64,000 nt of DNA from Alphaproteobacteria bacterium (GTDB lineage Bacteria; Pseudomonadota; Alphaproteobacteria; GCA-2731375), in NCBI GenBank assembly GCA_965232515.1, contig CBDDPY010000002.1, positions 3,456,001 through 3,520,000 of the forward strand. The letters run 5' to 3'. The translations under genes were made by a program, and so were the position numbers. Positions 51,692 through 61,615 of the stretch are shown here, piece by piece. Below the pieces are notes generated by a model. It worked only from the letters and a program-made list of their open reading frames with translations. It made no database searches and had not been told where the DNA came from. Every line of letters begins with the position of its first letter. Positions within the stretch are counted from its first letter, which is position 1.

Positions 51692-52918
51692 ATGCAAGCC
51701 ACCGCGCGCGGCGCCCTGCCAGCACCGAGCAATCCCGACGACTCGCAAGATCACGACGTTGCCCAGGCGCCGGAAGGCTCCGACATCTCAGCCATTGGCG
51801 CGCTGTCGGCGCAAGACGGTGAGAGCGAGATCGGCCCCGGCCAATATGTCTTTCTGATGGCGCTGGTTATCGTCGGCGTGCTGACGGGCGTCGCCTTCGC
51901 CAATCACAACCTCACCCCCCTGATCTATCAGGAGCCGGCGCAGGCCGAGGTCGCCCAGACCCTCCATGGCGGCCAGAATTACGCGCTCTACGACCTGAAC
52001 TTCGAGATCCGCGGCGTCCGCCGGCATCAGATCCGGCTGATGACCAAAACGCCCGAGTTGATCATCCTGGGCGCCAGTCACTGGCAGGAAGCGCATGCCG
52101 GCCTGGTGCCGGGCGTGGACTTCTTCAACGCCCATGTGCACCGGGATTACTACGACGATCCCATCGGCATGGTCGGCCACCTGCTCGACTACAACCGCCT
52201 GCCGAAGACTCTTGTGATCAGCGTGCGCGACGCCACCTTCACGCCGGTCGCGGAGCGGACCGACTATCTCTGGCTGGGCGGCATCCCGTCCTTCCGGGCC
52301 ATGGAACCCCGCCTCGGCCTGCCGAAACGGCCGTGGTACGAGGACTACCATCTGCAGCCGGTGCTGGACCTGTTCTCCCTGCGATTGGCCATCACCGGCG
52401 GCTTGCGCGAGCTGCGCGCGGAGAACCGGCCCGGCCCGACGGATGCCGATTTCGCCGAGGACCTGGACATCTTCATGGCCGACGGCTCGATCCGCTGGTC
52501 GGGCGAGCACCTCGCCGCCTTCACGCCTGAATATGTCCGCGACCGGGCGCTGGAAATGGCCCAGCACGTCCGCCGGCATCCGCCACGGATCAACGCCGAC
52601 ACGGTCGACGCCTTCCGCCGCATGCTGGCGCTGCTGCAGAACCACGACGTCGATGTTGTGCTGGCCCATCCGCCGTTCAATCCGCAGTTCCACGACGCCG
52701 TCGCCGGCAGCGACTATGCCGATCACCTGAACGCCGTCGAGGCCCTGACCCGGGATCTCGCCGCGCAGTACGGCGCCCGCACCGCCGGCAGCTTCGATCC
52801 CGCCCGGGTCGGCTGCACGGCCGACATGTATATCGATTCCGAGCACAGCCGGCCGGTCTGCCTGCAGAAACTGCTGACGCAGGTCGTGTCCGGCCGCTCA
52901 CAGGCGCCGTCGCTTTAG
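51692..52918 (+). CDS. membrane-anchored SGNH/DltD-like protein
   Basis: One TM helix, LIILGASH (block I Ser) and C-terminal DSEH (DxxH). Adjacent to an MBOAT. Confidence 0.7.
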   Translation: MQATARGALPAPSNPDDSQDHDVAQAPEGSDISAIGALSAQDGESEIGPGQYVFLMALVIVGVLTGVAFANHNLTPLIYQEPAQAEVAQTLHGGQNYALYDLNFEIRGVRRHQIRLMTKTPELIILGASHWQEAHAGLVPGVDFFNAHVHRDYYDDPIGMVGHLLDYNRLPKTLVISVRDATFTPVAERTDYLWLGGIPSFRAMEPRLGLPKRPWYEDYHLQPVLDLFSLRLAITGGLRELRAENRPGPTDADFAEDLDIFMADGSIRWSGEHLAAFTPEYVRDRALEMAQHVRRHPPRINADTVDAFRRMLALLQNHDVDVVLAHPPFNPQFHDAVAGSDYADHLNAVEALTRDLAAQYGARTAGSFDPARVGCTADMYIDSEHSRPVCLQKLLTQVVSGRSQAPSL

Positions 52919-52943
52919 CCGGCCGCCCGTTGGAGCAACCGTC

Positions 52944-54467
52944 ATGCTTTTCCATTCCGTTGAGTTCATTCTGGGCTTTCTGCCCATCTGCTTCATCATC
53001 TTCGCGATCGTGCACCGCACGGCCGGCAAGCGGGCGGCGCTGGCGTGGCTGGCGCTGGCGTCGATTATCTTCTATGCGCAATGGAGCCTGGCGCATGGCG
53101 CCTTGCTGGTGGGTTCGGTCGGCACGAACTACCTGTTCAGCCGGGCCATGCTGCGCACCGATCAGCAGCCGAAGCTGCGACAGGCGATCTTTATCCTCGC
53201 GATCGCGGCGAACCTCGCCCTGCTCGGCTATCTGAAGTACACGAACTTCCTGATCGACAATATCAACGCGCTGACCGAGGCGAACTATCACTATGTCGCC
53301 GTGCTGGCGCCCGTCGGCATCTCGTTCTTCACCTTCATCCAGATCGGCTTCCTGGTCGAGGTCTACAACCGCCAGGTCTCGCGCCTGTCGATCGTCGACT
53401 ATTTCCTGTTCGGCTCGTTCTTCGGCTACGTGACCGCCGGTCCGCTGGTCCTGCAGCGCGACATGACCTCGCAGTTCGAGCGCAAAGACGACAAGGTGCT
53501 CGATCTGTCGCGAATCTCGATCGCGATCACGGTCTTCGGCTTCGGCCTGTTCAAGAAGATGGTGCTGGCCGACAGCGTCGCGCCCTATGCCGACGCAGTC
53601 TTCAACGGCGTCGCCGACGGCGCGCTGCCATCGACCAGCCTGGCCTGGATCGGCGCGCTGGCTTACACCGTGCAGCTCTATTTCGACTTCTCCGGCTATT
53701 CCGACATGGCGCTGGGCGCCGGCCTGCTGTTCGGCTTGAAGCTGCCGTTCAACTTCAATTCGCCGCTGAAAGCGACCAGCATCACCGATTTCTGGCGCCG
53801 CTGGCACATGACGATGACGCGGTTCTTCACCAACTATCTGTATTCACCGCTGGCCGTCGCCGCGACCCGGCGGGCCATGGCCAACAAGTCTTCGAAGGCT
53901 CAGCGATTTGTCGCCTCCGTCGCCGTGCCGGTGTTCTTCACCTTTCTGCTGGCCGGCATCTGGCACGGCGCGGGCTGGACCTTCGTCATCTTCGGCGCGA
54001 TCCACGGCCTGGCCATGGCGATCAATCACGCCTGGCGCCAATCCAAGGCGCCGACGCTGCCGGCGCCGGCGGGCTGGCTGCTGACAATGTCGGTGGTCAT
54101 TACCGGCCTGGTGTTCTTCCGGGCGCCGGACGTGTCGACCGCGCTGGTCATCCTGACCGCGATGGTCGGCGCCGGCGCCGACGCCAGCGGCTGGGTCGCG
54201 ACCGTCAACGTGCCGACTGTGTCCTATCCAGACGCCGTCGCCGTCATCACGCTGCTGGCCGCCATCGCCCTGATGATGCCGAACACGCAGCAGATCCTGT
54301 ACCGCCACAAGATCAGCTCGGACCCGGCCGACTACGAGGAGCTGTCGTTGTCGAAGTGGCTGCTCTGGCGACCGACGCTGCGCTGGGCGGCAACCTGCGG
54401 CATCGTCGTCGCCGTGGCGCTCGGCCTGGCGACCGGCGAGACCGCGTTCATCTATTACCAGTTCTGA
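52944..54467 (+). CDS. MBOAT membrane-bound O-acyltransferase (AlgI/DltB family)
   Basis: PVGISFFTF, GLFKK, QLYFDFSGYSDMA, FWRRWHM, AGIWHG (catalytic His) and FIYYQF. Confidence 0.94.
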   Translation: MLFHSVEFILGFLPICFIIFAIVHRTAGKRAALAWLALASIIFYAQWSLAHGALLVGSVGTNYLFSRAMLRTDQQPKLRQAIFILAIAANLALLGYLKYTNFLIDNINALTEANYHYVAVLAPVGISFFTFIQIGFLVEVYNRQVSRLSIVDYFLFGSFFGYVTAGPLVLQRDMTSQFERKDDKVLDLSRISIAITVFGFGLFKKMVLADSVAPYADAVFNGVADGALPSTSLAWIGALAYTVQLYFDFSGYSDMALGAGLLFGLKLPFNFNSPLKATSITDFWRRWHMTMTRFFTNYLYSPLAVAATRRAMANKSSKAQRFVASVAVPVFFTFLLAGIWHGAGWTFVIFGAIHGLAMAINHAWRQSKAPTLPAPAGWLLTMSVVITGLVFFRAPDVSTALVILTAMVGAGADASGWVATVNVPTVSYPDAVAVITLLAAIALMMPNTQQILYRHKISSDPADYEELSLSKWLLWRPTLRWAATCGIVVAVALGLATGETAFIYYQF

Positions 54468-54495
54468 CCCCGCGTACTGCCTGGGAGATCATGTC

Positions 54496-55701
54496 ATGAC
54501 GATCGTCATCGACCTGCCACGACAAATCGACGAAACGCTCGCCGCCGACATCGAGAAGGAGTCGGTGTTCGTGTCGCCGCATCTGTCCACGCTGCGGGTC
54601 AACCCCGACCGCACCAACATCGCCGCCGAGCTGACCGATCCCATGTGGGACGCCGACGTGCGGGAAAAGCTCGGTCGGTTCCTTGACGCCATGCTGAAGC
54701 GGGTGCATCAGTTCGACACCAAGGTCTTCCTGCAGACCGAACGTCGCGATCCGAACCCTTTTCACACAGATGTGCACGGCGAGCTGAAACGCCGCGGTTG
54801 GCTCTACGACTTTGGCGGCGGCCATGTATCGCTGGCCGGCCCGGCCCTTAACCTGGCGCGGGCCATCGACGCGGCCGCGGCCGACCTCTATCGGCAGAAT
54901 TTCCCGTTCGAGGAGCGCCAGTATCCGGCCCTGATCCGGGCCGATCTGCTGGCGCGCTGCGGCTATTTCGAATCGCACCCCAATGCCGTCTGCTTTGTCG
55001 GCCACATCATCGAGGACTTCGACGCGATCGAGAACTTCCGCGTCACCAACAGCAATGTCGACGAGACCGTTCTGCCGCCGAAGGATCACGTGCACCTGCC
55101 GGGCATGTGTCTGAACCCGGCTGCCTGCTTCCCTTGCTACCCGTCGCTGCAGGGCCAGAAGATCGCCGACGACGGCCGCGTCCTGTCCTGGAACGGCCGG
55201 GTCTTCCGCTTTGAATCCCGCAACGTGTCGGGCCTGGACCGGCTCTGGGAGTTCGGCGTCCGAGAGATCGTGTTCATCGGCACCGAGGACTTCGTCACAC
55301 GGAGCCGGGAGCGGGCACTGCCCCTGGTCGCGAAGCTGGCCGAGACATTCGACCTCGCCTGCCAGGTCGAAACCGCGGCCGATCCGTTTTTCGCCACGGT
55401 CTCGGCGGCAAAAACCTTCTGGCAGCAGGCCCAGGAGGTGAAGAACGAGATCATGGTGCCGATCGGCGTTCGCGAGGACGGCAGCGAGCGGCGGCTGGCC
55501 TGCGGCTCAGTCAACCTGCACGGCAACTTCTTCGGCGAGCGCTTCGACATCACCGATAGCGAGGGCTTGGCCGCCTTCACGGCCTGCATCGGTCTCGGCA
55601 TCGAGCGCTGGGTGCTGGCGGCGTTCGTGCAGCACGGTTTCGATCCCGAACGCTGGCCGAGCCAGGTGCGCGACCTTGTGTTCGCCGGAACCAACCCCTG
55701 A
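54496..55701 (+). CDS. amino acid:[carrier protein] ligase (class II seryl-tRNA synthetase paralog)
   Basis: GYFESHP, PAACFPCY, motif 2 FRFE..RLWEF..RE, A.DPFF, SVNLH..FG and motif 3 ACIGLGIERW. Adjacent to a carrier protein. Confidence 0.82.
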   Translation: MTIVIDLPRQIDETLAADIEKESVFVSPHLSTLRVNPDRTNIAAELTDPMWDADVREKLGRFLDAMLKRVHQFDTKVFLQTERRDPNPFHTDVHGELKRRGWLYDFGGGHVSLAGPALNLARAIDAAAADLYRQNFPFEERQYPALIRADLLARCGYFESHPNAVCFVGHIIEDFDAIENFRVTNSNVDETVLPPKDHVHLPGMCLNPAACFPCYPSLQGQKIADDGRVLSWNGRVFRFESRNVSGLDRLWEFGVREIVFIGTEDFVTRSRERALPLVAKLAETFDLACQVETAADPFFATVSAAKTFWQQAQEVKNEIMVPIGVREDGSERRLACGSVNLHGNFFGERFDITDSEGLAAFTACIGLGIERWVLAAFVQHGFDPERWPSQVRDLVFAGTNP

Positions 55702-55757
55702 CAGGTGGCCGACGGCCGGCCTGTTCACTACCAACCGAAGCAGAAAGGCTTTGCGCT

Positions 55758-55988
55758 ATGTCAGCTTTGCATCAGATCGTGGCAGACGTCCTGGAAATGT
55801 CGGTCGCCGAGGTCAGTGACGAAACCAGTCCGACCACGGCCAAGAGCTGGGACAGCATGAAGCACATCGAGCTGGTCCTGGCGCTGGAGACCAATTTCGG
55901 CGTCAAGTTCGCACCGTCGGAGATCATGCTGATCAACTCGCTCGGCGCGGCGCGGGATCTGCTGAGCCAAAAAGGCGCGGCGGTCTAA
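55758..55988 (+). CDS. acyl/aminoacyl carrier protein
   Basis: 76 aa with the WDSM phosphopantetheine Ser motif and LE.NFGV. Confidence 0.9.
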   Translation: MSALHQIVADVLEMSVAEVSDETSPTTAKSWDSMKHIELVLALETNFGVKFAPSEIMLINSLGAARDLLSQKGAAV

Positions 55989-56081
55989 CCGGGCCGGCCA
56001 CGCCGGCCGGATTCCAGAACTGATCCCTTCGTTTCCGATTTCCGTTTCGGGGCCCGCGGGCCCCGACGCCCGGAGCAACGG

Positions 56082-57599
56082 CTAGCCGACAACGAGCGCC
56101 GCCGGCGCGACGATGCGGTCCTTCGGCAGCAGGATGCGCGCCGTCGTGCCGACGCCCGGTTCGCTCTCCAACTCGAAGCTGCCGCCGTGCAGCTCGGCAT
56201 ACCATTTCACCAGCGGCAGGCCGAGACCCGTGCCCTCGTAGTGACGGCTGAGCTCGCTGTCGGCCTGGCCGAAGGGCGTCAGACACTTTTCAATGTCCTC
56301 GGCGGCAATGCCGATGCCGGTGTCCCGCACGGTGAATTCGAGACCGCCGTCGCCTGCCCGATCTACCTCGAGGGTGACGGTGCCGTTGCCCGGCGTGAAC
56401 TTCACGGCGTTCGACAACAGATTGATCAAGGCCTGGCGCAGCGCCCGTTCGTCACCCTGGACCGCGTGCAGATCGGACGCAATCCGCGACTCCACACGGA
56501 CGCCTTTGTCGTCCGCCTGAGGCGCCGTCTGGCGCAGGCAAAAGGACACCAGCAGCTCGAGGTCGACGGCCGCTTCATGAATCTCGGTCATGCCGGCCTC
56601 GATCTTGGACAGGTCAAGGATGTTATTGATGATGCCGAGCAAATGCTCGCCGCTGTGGTAGACGTCATCGATATAGACACGATACTTCTCGTCGCCGAGC
56701 GGTCCGTGCAGCTCCTGCATCATGATTTCCGAGAAGCCGATGATCGCGTTCAGCGGCGTGCGCAGCTCGTGACTGACATTGGCGAGGAACGCCGACTTCG
56801 CCCGGTTGGCCGAATCCGCCGCCTCCTTCGATCGCACCAGCTCGATTTCGGCCGCCTTGCGCTCGGTAATGTCGAGGCAGATCAACACATGCATGCCCTG
56901 CGGCGCCGCGTTGTGGCGCACCTCGAGGATGTGCTCCTGCGGGGTTGTAACCTCTTGCGCGCCCTCCGACTGCAGCGCGGCGATATCGACCAAGCCGAGC
57001 AGGGCATCACCGACCGGCTTGTCGGCGCCCGACGAAACGGCGCTCTCGTCGCTCTCACCGGCGCCGGATGCATCGAGTTCCAGCAGATCCCGCAAACGGC
57101 TGTTGCAGGCAACCAGTCGCATGCCGCGGTCGAAGGCCGCAATGCCCGCGCCCGTATGCTCCAACGTCGCGGTCAGCAATGCCGTACGCTCGGCCAGGTC
57201 GGCCCGGTTGCGGGCCTGCACGATGGCGTAGCGGATGGTCCGTTCCAGAATTTCCGGCGACAGGCTGCCCTTCTCCAGGAAGTCGGCTGCGCCGGCTTCG
57301 GACGCCTCGACGTCGATTTCCCGGTTCGCCAGGCCGGTCAACAGGATCAGCGGGACCTGGCAGCCCTCGGCAACCGCCGCGCGGATGAAGGCCAGACCGG
57401 TCTCGGCGCCGATCCGGTAATCGACGAGACCGATGTCATACATCTCGGCTTCGAGCTGGCTGCGCGCTTCGTCGAAGCTGCGGACCCAGGTCAGGTCCAG
57501 ACTGAACAGCTTGGAGTCGCTGAGCAGATCGTCCAGCAACAGGTAGTCGTCCTCGTCATCCTCGACGAGAAGGCAGCGTATGCGCGCGGCTTCACTCAT
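56082..57599 (-). CDS. hybrid sensor kinase REC-PAS-HisKA-HATPase
   Basis: LLVEDD, VDY, SHELRTPLN, NLLSNAVKFT and GTGLGL motifs. Confidence 0.92.
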   Translation of the reverse strand: MSEAARIRCLLVEDDEDDYLLLDDLLSDSKLFSLDLTWVRSFDEARSQLEAEMYDIGLVDYRIGAETGLAFIRAAVAEGCQVPLILLTGLANREIDVEASEAGAADFLEKGSLSPEILERTIRYAIVQARNRADLAERTALLTATLEHTGAGIAAFDRGMRLVACNSRLRDLLELDASGAGESDESAVSSGADKPVGDALLGLVDIAALQSEGAQEVTTPQEHILEVRHNAAPQGMHVLICLDITERKAAEIELVRSKEAADSANRAKSAFLANVSHELRTPLNAIIGFSEIMMQELHGPLGDEKYRVYIDDVYHSGEHLLGIINNILDLSKIEAGMTEIHEAAVDLELLVSFCLRQTAPQADDKGVRVESRIASDLHAVQGDERALRQALINLLSNAVKFTPGNGTVTLEVDRAGDGGLEFTVRDTGIGIAAEDIEKCLTPFGQADSELSRHYEGTGLGLPLVKWYAELHGGSFELESEPGVGTTARILLPKDRIVAPAALVVG

Positions 57600-57637
57600 C
57601 CGTTCTCTCTACGCGTCGCCTACAGAGGATCGGCGGA

Positions 57638-58099
57638 TCAGGCGTGCCGCACGCAACCCGGCGGCAGCTGGACGATCTCGATCCAATAATTGCTGAGGAT
57701 TCGCACGACCTCGACCAAGCCTTCGAACGTTACCGGCTTGGTGATGAAGGAGTTCACGCCGGTGACATAGGTCCGCAGGATGTCTTCTTCGGCCTTCGAC
57801 GTGGTGACGACGACGACCGGTATCGTGCGGAACCGCTCATCTTCTTTCATCTGCCGCAGCGCCTCACGGCCGTCCATCTTCGGCATGTTGAGGTCGAGCA
57901 GAACCAGGCCCGGATAGGGTTGGCCGTCGAGATGCGCCCAATCGCCTTCCCGGCGCAGATAGGCGAGGAGCTGCTCCCCGTCCTCGACAAAGTCGAGGTG
58001 ATTGCCGATGCAGTTCTCCTTGAACGCATCCTCGATAAGCATCCGGTCGTCCGGATCGTCGTCAGCGACCAGAATCGAGATGGAATCCCGTCGGTTCAT
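57638..58099 (-). CDS. single-domain response regulator (Rcp1-like)
   Basis: ADDD, LLDLNMPKMDG, FITKP and YW motifs. Confidence 0.93.
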   Translation of the reverse strand: MNRRDSISILVADDDPDDRMLIEDAFKENCIGNHLDFVEDGEQLLAYLRREGDWAHLDGQPYPGLVLLDLNMPKMDGREALRQMKEDERFRTIPVVVVTTSKAEEDILRTYVTGVNSFITKPVTFEGLVEVVRILSNYWIEIVQLPPGCVRHA

Positions 58100-60090
58100 T
58101 GCATTTCCGTCCCTTGCTCGTGCTTGAGGGGCAGCGTGAGGATGAACGTGGCGCCCTCGTCCTCGACGCCGCGGGCCTCTATGGCGCCGTAGTGGCGTTC
58201 AACGATCTTCCGGCAGGTCGCCAGTCCGATTCCGGTGCCCTCGTAGGTGCCACGTCCGTGCAGGCGCTGGAAGATCCCGAAGATCTGTTCGGCGTATTTG
58301 GCATCGAAGCCGATGCCGTTGTCGGCGATGCTGATGCGGCAGGCCTCGGCGTCCGCGCGCGCGACCGGTCCCTCGCCGTCCGATGCGATCAGCTCGGCCG
58401 TGATCTCGACCCGCGACGGCACGCCGTCACGGCGGAACTTCAGCGCGTTGCTGATCAAGTTCTGGAACAGCTGCCGCATCTGAACCGCGGACGCCTCTAT
58501 ATCGGGCATTTCGGCGACCTCGACCGTCGCCTCCGTTTCGGCGATGCGGATTTCCAGATCCGACAGAACCTCCTCGATGACCTTGTTCAGGTCGATCGGC
58601 TCGAACGGCTCGGTCCGCGAGGTCACGCGCGAATAGGTCAGCAGGTCGTTGATCAGCTCGTGCATGCGCCCCGCGGCGTCCTGGATGCGGCCGATATAGA
58701 GCTGACCGTCCTCGCTCACCTGGTCGCCGCACTTTTTGACCAAGCGGTCGCTGAAGGCCTGAATCTTGCGCAACGGCTCCTGCAGGTCGTGCGAGGCGAC
58801 GTAGGCGAATTCCTGCAGTTCCCGGTTGCGCCGTTCCAGCGCCTCGGCATGCTTATGAAGACTGGCTTCGGCCTGCGCCCGGGCGGTGATGTCCTCGTAG
58901 GTGGCGACCGAACCGCCACCGGCCATGGGCTGATGCAGCACGGCGATAACGCGGCCGTCGCCCAGGCGCTGCTCGATGATCGACTGCTGCCGCTGCGCGG
59001 CCTGGCTCGGCCGCTCGGCCAACGCCCGGCCAGCTTCGTCGCGCCGGTAATTGCCCAGCGAAATGCTGTATTCCATGATGTCGCGCAGCCGGATGCCGGG
59101 CTTCACGACGTCGGGCGAAAACCCGTACATGTCCAGGTAGCGTTGATTGCAGACGATCAGACGCTGGTCCGAGTCGAACAGGCAAAGCCCCTGGGCCATG
59201 TTGTTCAAGGCCGTGTCGAAGTGCAGATTCTGCACCTTCAACACCTCGCTCAATCGCGTCAGTTCGGCTTCGCGCCGCTTCAACTCGGTAATTTCGGAAC
59301 GAATGCTGACAGTGTTGCCGTCGCTGGTGCTGGTTTCGCTGCAATGCAGCCAGCGCCCGTCGCCCAACTGGATTTCGAAGCTGTCGCGGCGTCCACGAAT
59401 GGCGTCCTTGCGCAACTTCAGCAAGCTCTCGGCCGACTCGTATTCGCTGGAATACTGTCCTAGCGCGAAGGCGTCCCGCAGCAAACTCTTGTAGCGGGAG
59501 CCGGGCAGCAGGCGGTCGGCGATCACCGGGTGATAGTCGCGATAGCGCTCGTTGCAGAACATCAACCGGTCGTCCTGATCGAACAGGGCGAAGCCGTCGG
59601 CCATGCAGTCCAGCGCATCCAGCACTTCGGCACGGGCCGCGACCGCGGCATGCTGGCGCAGAAACTGGTCGAGCGCATCGTCGGCATCCTTGCGGGCGCA
59701 GACCCGGATCAGACCGCCGCCGTAAAGCGGCGCCGTGACGGTGGTGATCGTGCAATCGTCCCGACGCGCCCAGTCCTCTCGGAAGGGTTGCGCCTTGTGA
59801 GCCTGGTCGATCAACCGGATCGTCTGCCGCTCGGTCTCGCCCAGGCTCAATTGTCCACGCGCGGCGGCGAAGCGAAGAAAGTCCTCATACGCCCGTCCAC
59901 GCTGGGCGAAGGCGACCGGCAGTTCGAGCAACTCGAAAAAGTCGTGGTTCCACGCCGTCAGCCGCAGACCGGAATCAAACAGCGCCATGCCGACATCGAG
60001 ACGGTCATCGGCATCCGACGCGAGCGTCCGGTTTTCGGCCGGCCGCTGAGTGGACCTGATGGGACGGATCGCGACCATGAAGGAACCCAT
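58096..60090 (-). CDS. multi-PAS sensor histidine kinase
   Basis: Three PAS-7-like domains, ASHDLQEPLRK, NLISNALKF and GTGIGLA. Start uncertain. Confidence 0.92.
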   Translation of the reverse strand: MGSFMVAIRPIRSTQRPAENRTLASDADDRLDVGMALFDSGLRLTAWNHDFFELLELPVAFAQRGRAYEDFLRFAAARGQLSLGETERQTIRLIDQAHKAQPFREDWARRDDCTITTVTAPLYGGGLIRVCARKDADDALDQFLRQHAAVAARAEVLDALDCMADGFALFDQDDRLMFCNERYRDYHPVIADRLLPGSRYKSLLRDAFALGQYSSEYESAESLLKLRKDAIRGRRDSFEIQLGDGRWLHCSETSTSDGNTVSIRSEITELKRREAELTRLSEVLKVQNLHFDTALNNMAQGLCLFDSDQRLIVCNQRYLDMYGFSPDVVKPGIRLRDIMEYSISLGNYRRDEAGRALAERPSQAAQRQQSIIEQRLGDGRVIAVLHQPMAGGGSVATYEDITARAQAEASLHKHAEALERRNRELQEFAYVASHDLQEPLRKIQAFSDRLVKKCGDQVSEDGQLYIGRIQDAAGRMHELINDLLTYSRVTSRTEPFEPIDLNKVIEEVLSDLEIRIAETEATVEVAEMPDIEASAVQMRQLFQNLISNALKFRRDGVPSRVEITAELIASDGEGPVARADAEACRISIADNGIGFDAKYAEQIFGIFQRLHGRGTYEGTGIGLATCRKIVERHYGAIEARGVEDEGATFILTLPLKHEQGTEMQ

Positions 60091-60375
60091 AGAACAGTTC
60101 AGGCCCGTTTGACCGGCGGAAAGGCCCAACGGGCCAGCGCGCCAGCCCCGCCGATACGCCGGGCTTTGACATGAGGGGAATCTAGTCGACCGTGCTTAAA
60201 GATGCCCTAATCAGCGCACGGCAATCGCAGGATTCGGAAAAAAATCACAATCGGAAGTTGATAAACCGTTCAAATCGAACGGCAGCGCCACTAAACCGTG
60301 CCACTGCTGAACGCATTCTTAATGGTCGTCCGACAGAATGGCGCTCGTCAGTTTCGCAAGATGTGAGAGGCAGGA

Positions 60376-61518
60376 ATGCCTTCGCAGGGAAAGCGGCAGA
60401 AGCGGCCGCCTGCTGTTGGAGATGCCCCGTCTTCCCTGCCATCCGCCGGGAACCAGACGGATGATTCCGATCATGCCGGATCGGGCGACGGCCTGTGGCA
60501 TCAAGCCAGGACCGAGCTCGCCGACAATGAGATCGGCCGCCGGTTGATCAGCACCGACGCGGACGACAAGGGCTCGGCCAATCTTCGTTACTATGGCCGT
60601 TTCGTCGTCTTCGGCGGCGTCATCGTCGGCTTCGCGGTGCCGGCGATCTCGGAGGCGCTTAAGCCCTTCTTGTCGGTCCTGCTGATCGCCACCCTGGTAT
60701 TCGGGTTGCTGCAGGTCGACTTCGAGCGTCTCGCCGGCTTCCGCAAACAGGTCTGGCCCATCACGGGCCTGCTCTTCGCCGTTCTGCTGCTGCTGCCGGT
60801 GTTCGTCGCGCTTGAGGCCAAGGTTGTCCTTGTGGCCTACGGTCTGCCACAGGGGATCGCCGACGGATTGATTTTGGCGGCCCTGTCGCCGCCGCTGCTG
60901 GCGGCGCCAGCCATTGCCTTCCTGCTTGGCCTGGACTCGCTGCTCGCTTTCGTGGTCGCCATGATCGCCCACCTGCTGGCGCCGTTGACCGTGACGTTCC
61001 TGGCGCAATGGCTGGTCGGGCCGCACCTGCAAATCGACTCGGCGGAGCTGATGTCCCGGCTGACCGTCATCATCGGCACAGGCTTCATCATCGGTCTGAC
61101 GCTGCGACGGATTCCGCTGACCGCACGTGTCAGCAAGGCGAATCGCGGCCTTATCGACATCCTGTCGATCGCGACCCTGACGCTGCTGGCCGCGGCCCTG
61201 ATGGATGGTGTCGCAGAGATCGCAATCCGCGACCCGCAATACGTCCTTATCGCCGTGGCCTGCGGATTTCTGCTCAATCCGCTGCTGCAACTCCTCGGCG
61301 CCTTCCTGTTCGTGAAGTCGGGATTCGAAATGTCGCTGACGGTCGGCCTGCTGGCCGGCTATCGAAATGTCGGCCTGCTGATCGCGGCACTGGCGGGCGG
61401 CGCCGACCAGGAGGTCATCGCCTTTCTGGCGATCGTCCAGATCCCCGCCTTCGTCATTCCGATGCTGTCAGGCCCCGTCCTGAAGAAAGTCAAAACCATC
61501 GGCTTCGACAGACCCTGA
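60376..61518 (+). CDS. bile acid:sodium symporter-like membrane transporter
   Basis: About 10 TM segments, SPP..AAPA.A.LLG and GYRNVGL motifs. Start uncertain. Confidence 0.65.
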   Translation: MPSQGKRQKRPPAVGDAPSSLPSAGNQTDDSDHAGSGDGLWHQARTELADNEIGRRLISTDADDKGSANLRYYGRFVVFGGVIVGFAVPAISEALKPFLSVLLIATLVFGLLQVDFERLAGFRKQVWPITGLLFAVLLLLPVFVALEAKVVLVAYGLPQGIADGLILAALSPPLLAAPAIAFLLGLDSLLAFVVAMIAHLLAPLTVTFLAQWLVGPHLQIDSAELMSRLTVIIGTGFIIGLTLRRIPLTARVSKANRGLIDILSIATLTLLAAALMDGVAEIAIRDPQYVLIAVACGFLLNPLLQLLGAFLFVKSGFEMSLTVGLLAGYRNVGLLIAALAGGADQEVIAFLAIVQIPAFVIPMLSGPVLKKVKTIGFDRP

Positions 61519-61615
61519 GCGGCCAAGCGGCATCGCATTAGCGGTAACGAATTCTCAGGCGGATACGGGTAATAGTTGCTGATGGAGACCTCTGGCTGAA
61601 CGGACTGGCACCCGG

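Noticed and set aside
54496-55701. Housekeeping seryl-tRNA synthetase (serS)
   Set aside because: It lacks the bacterial coiled-coil tRNA-binding arm and the TAE motif. Its motifs and the adjacent carrier protein fit an aa:CP ligase.
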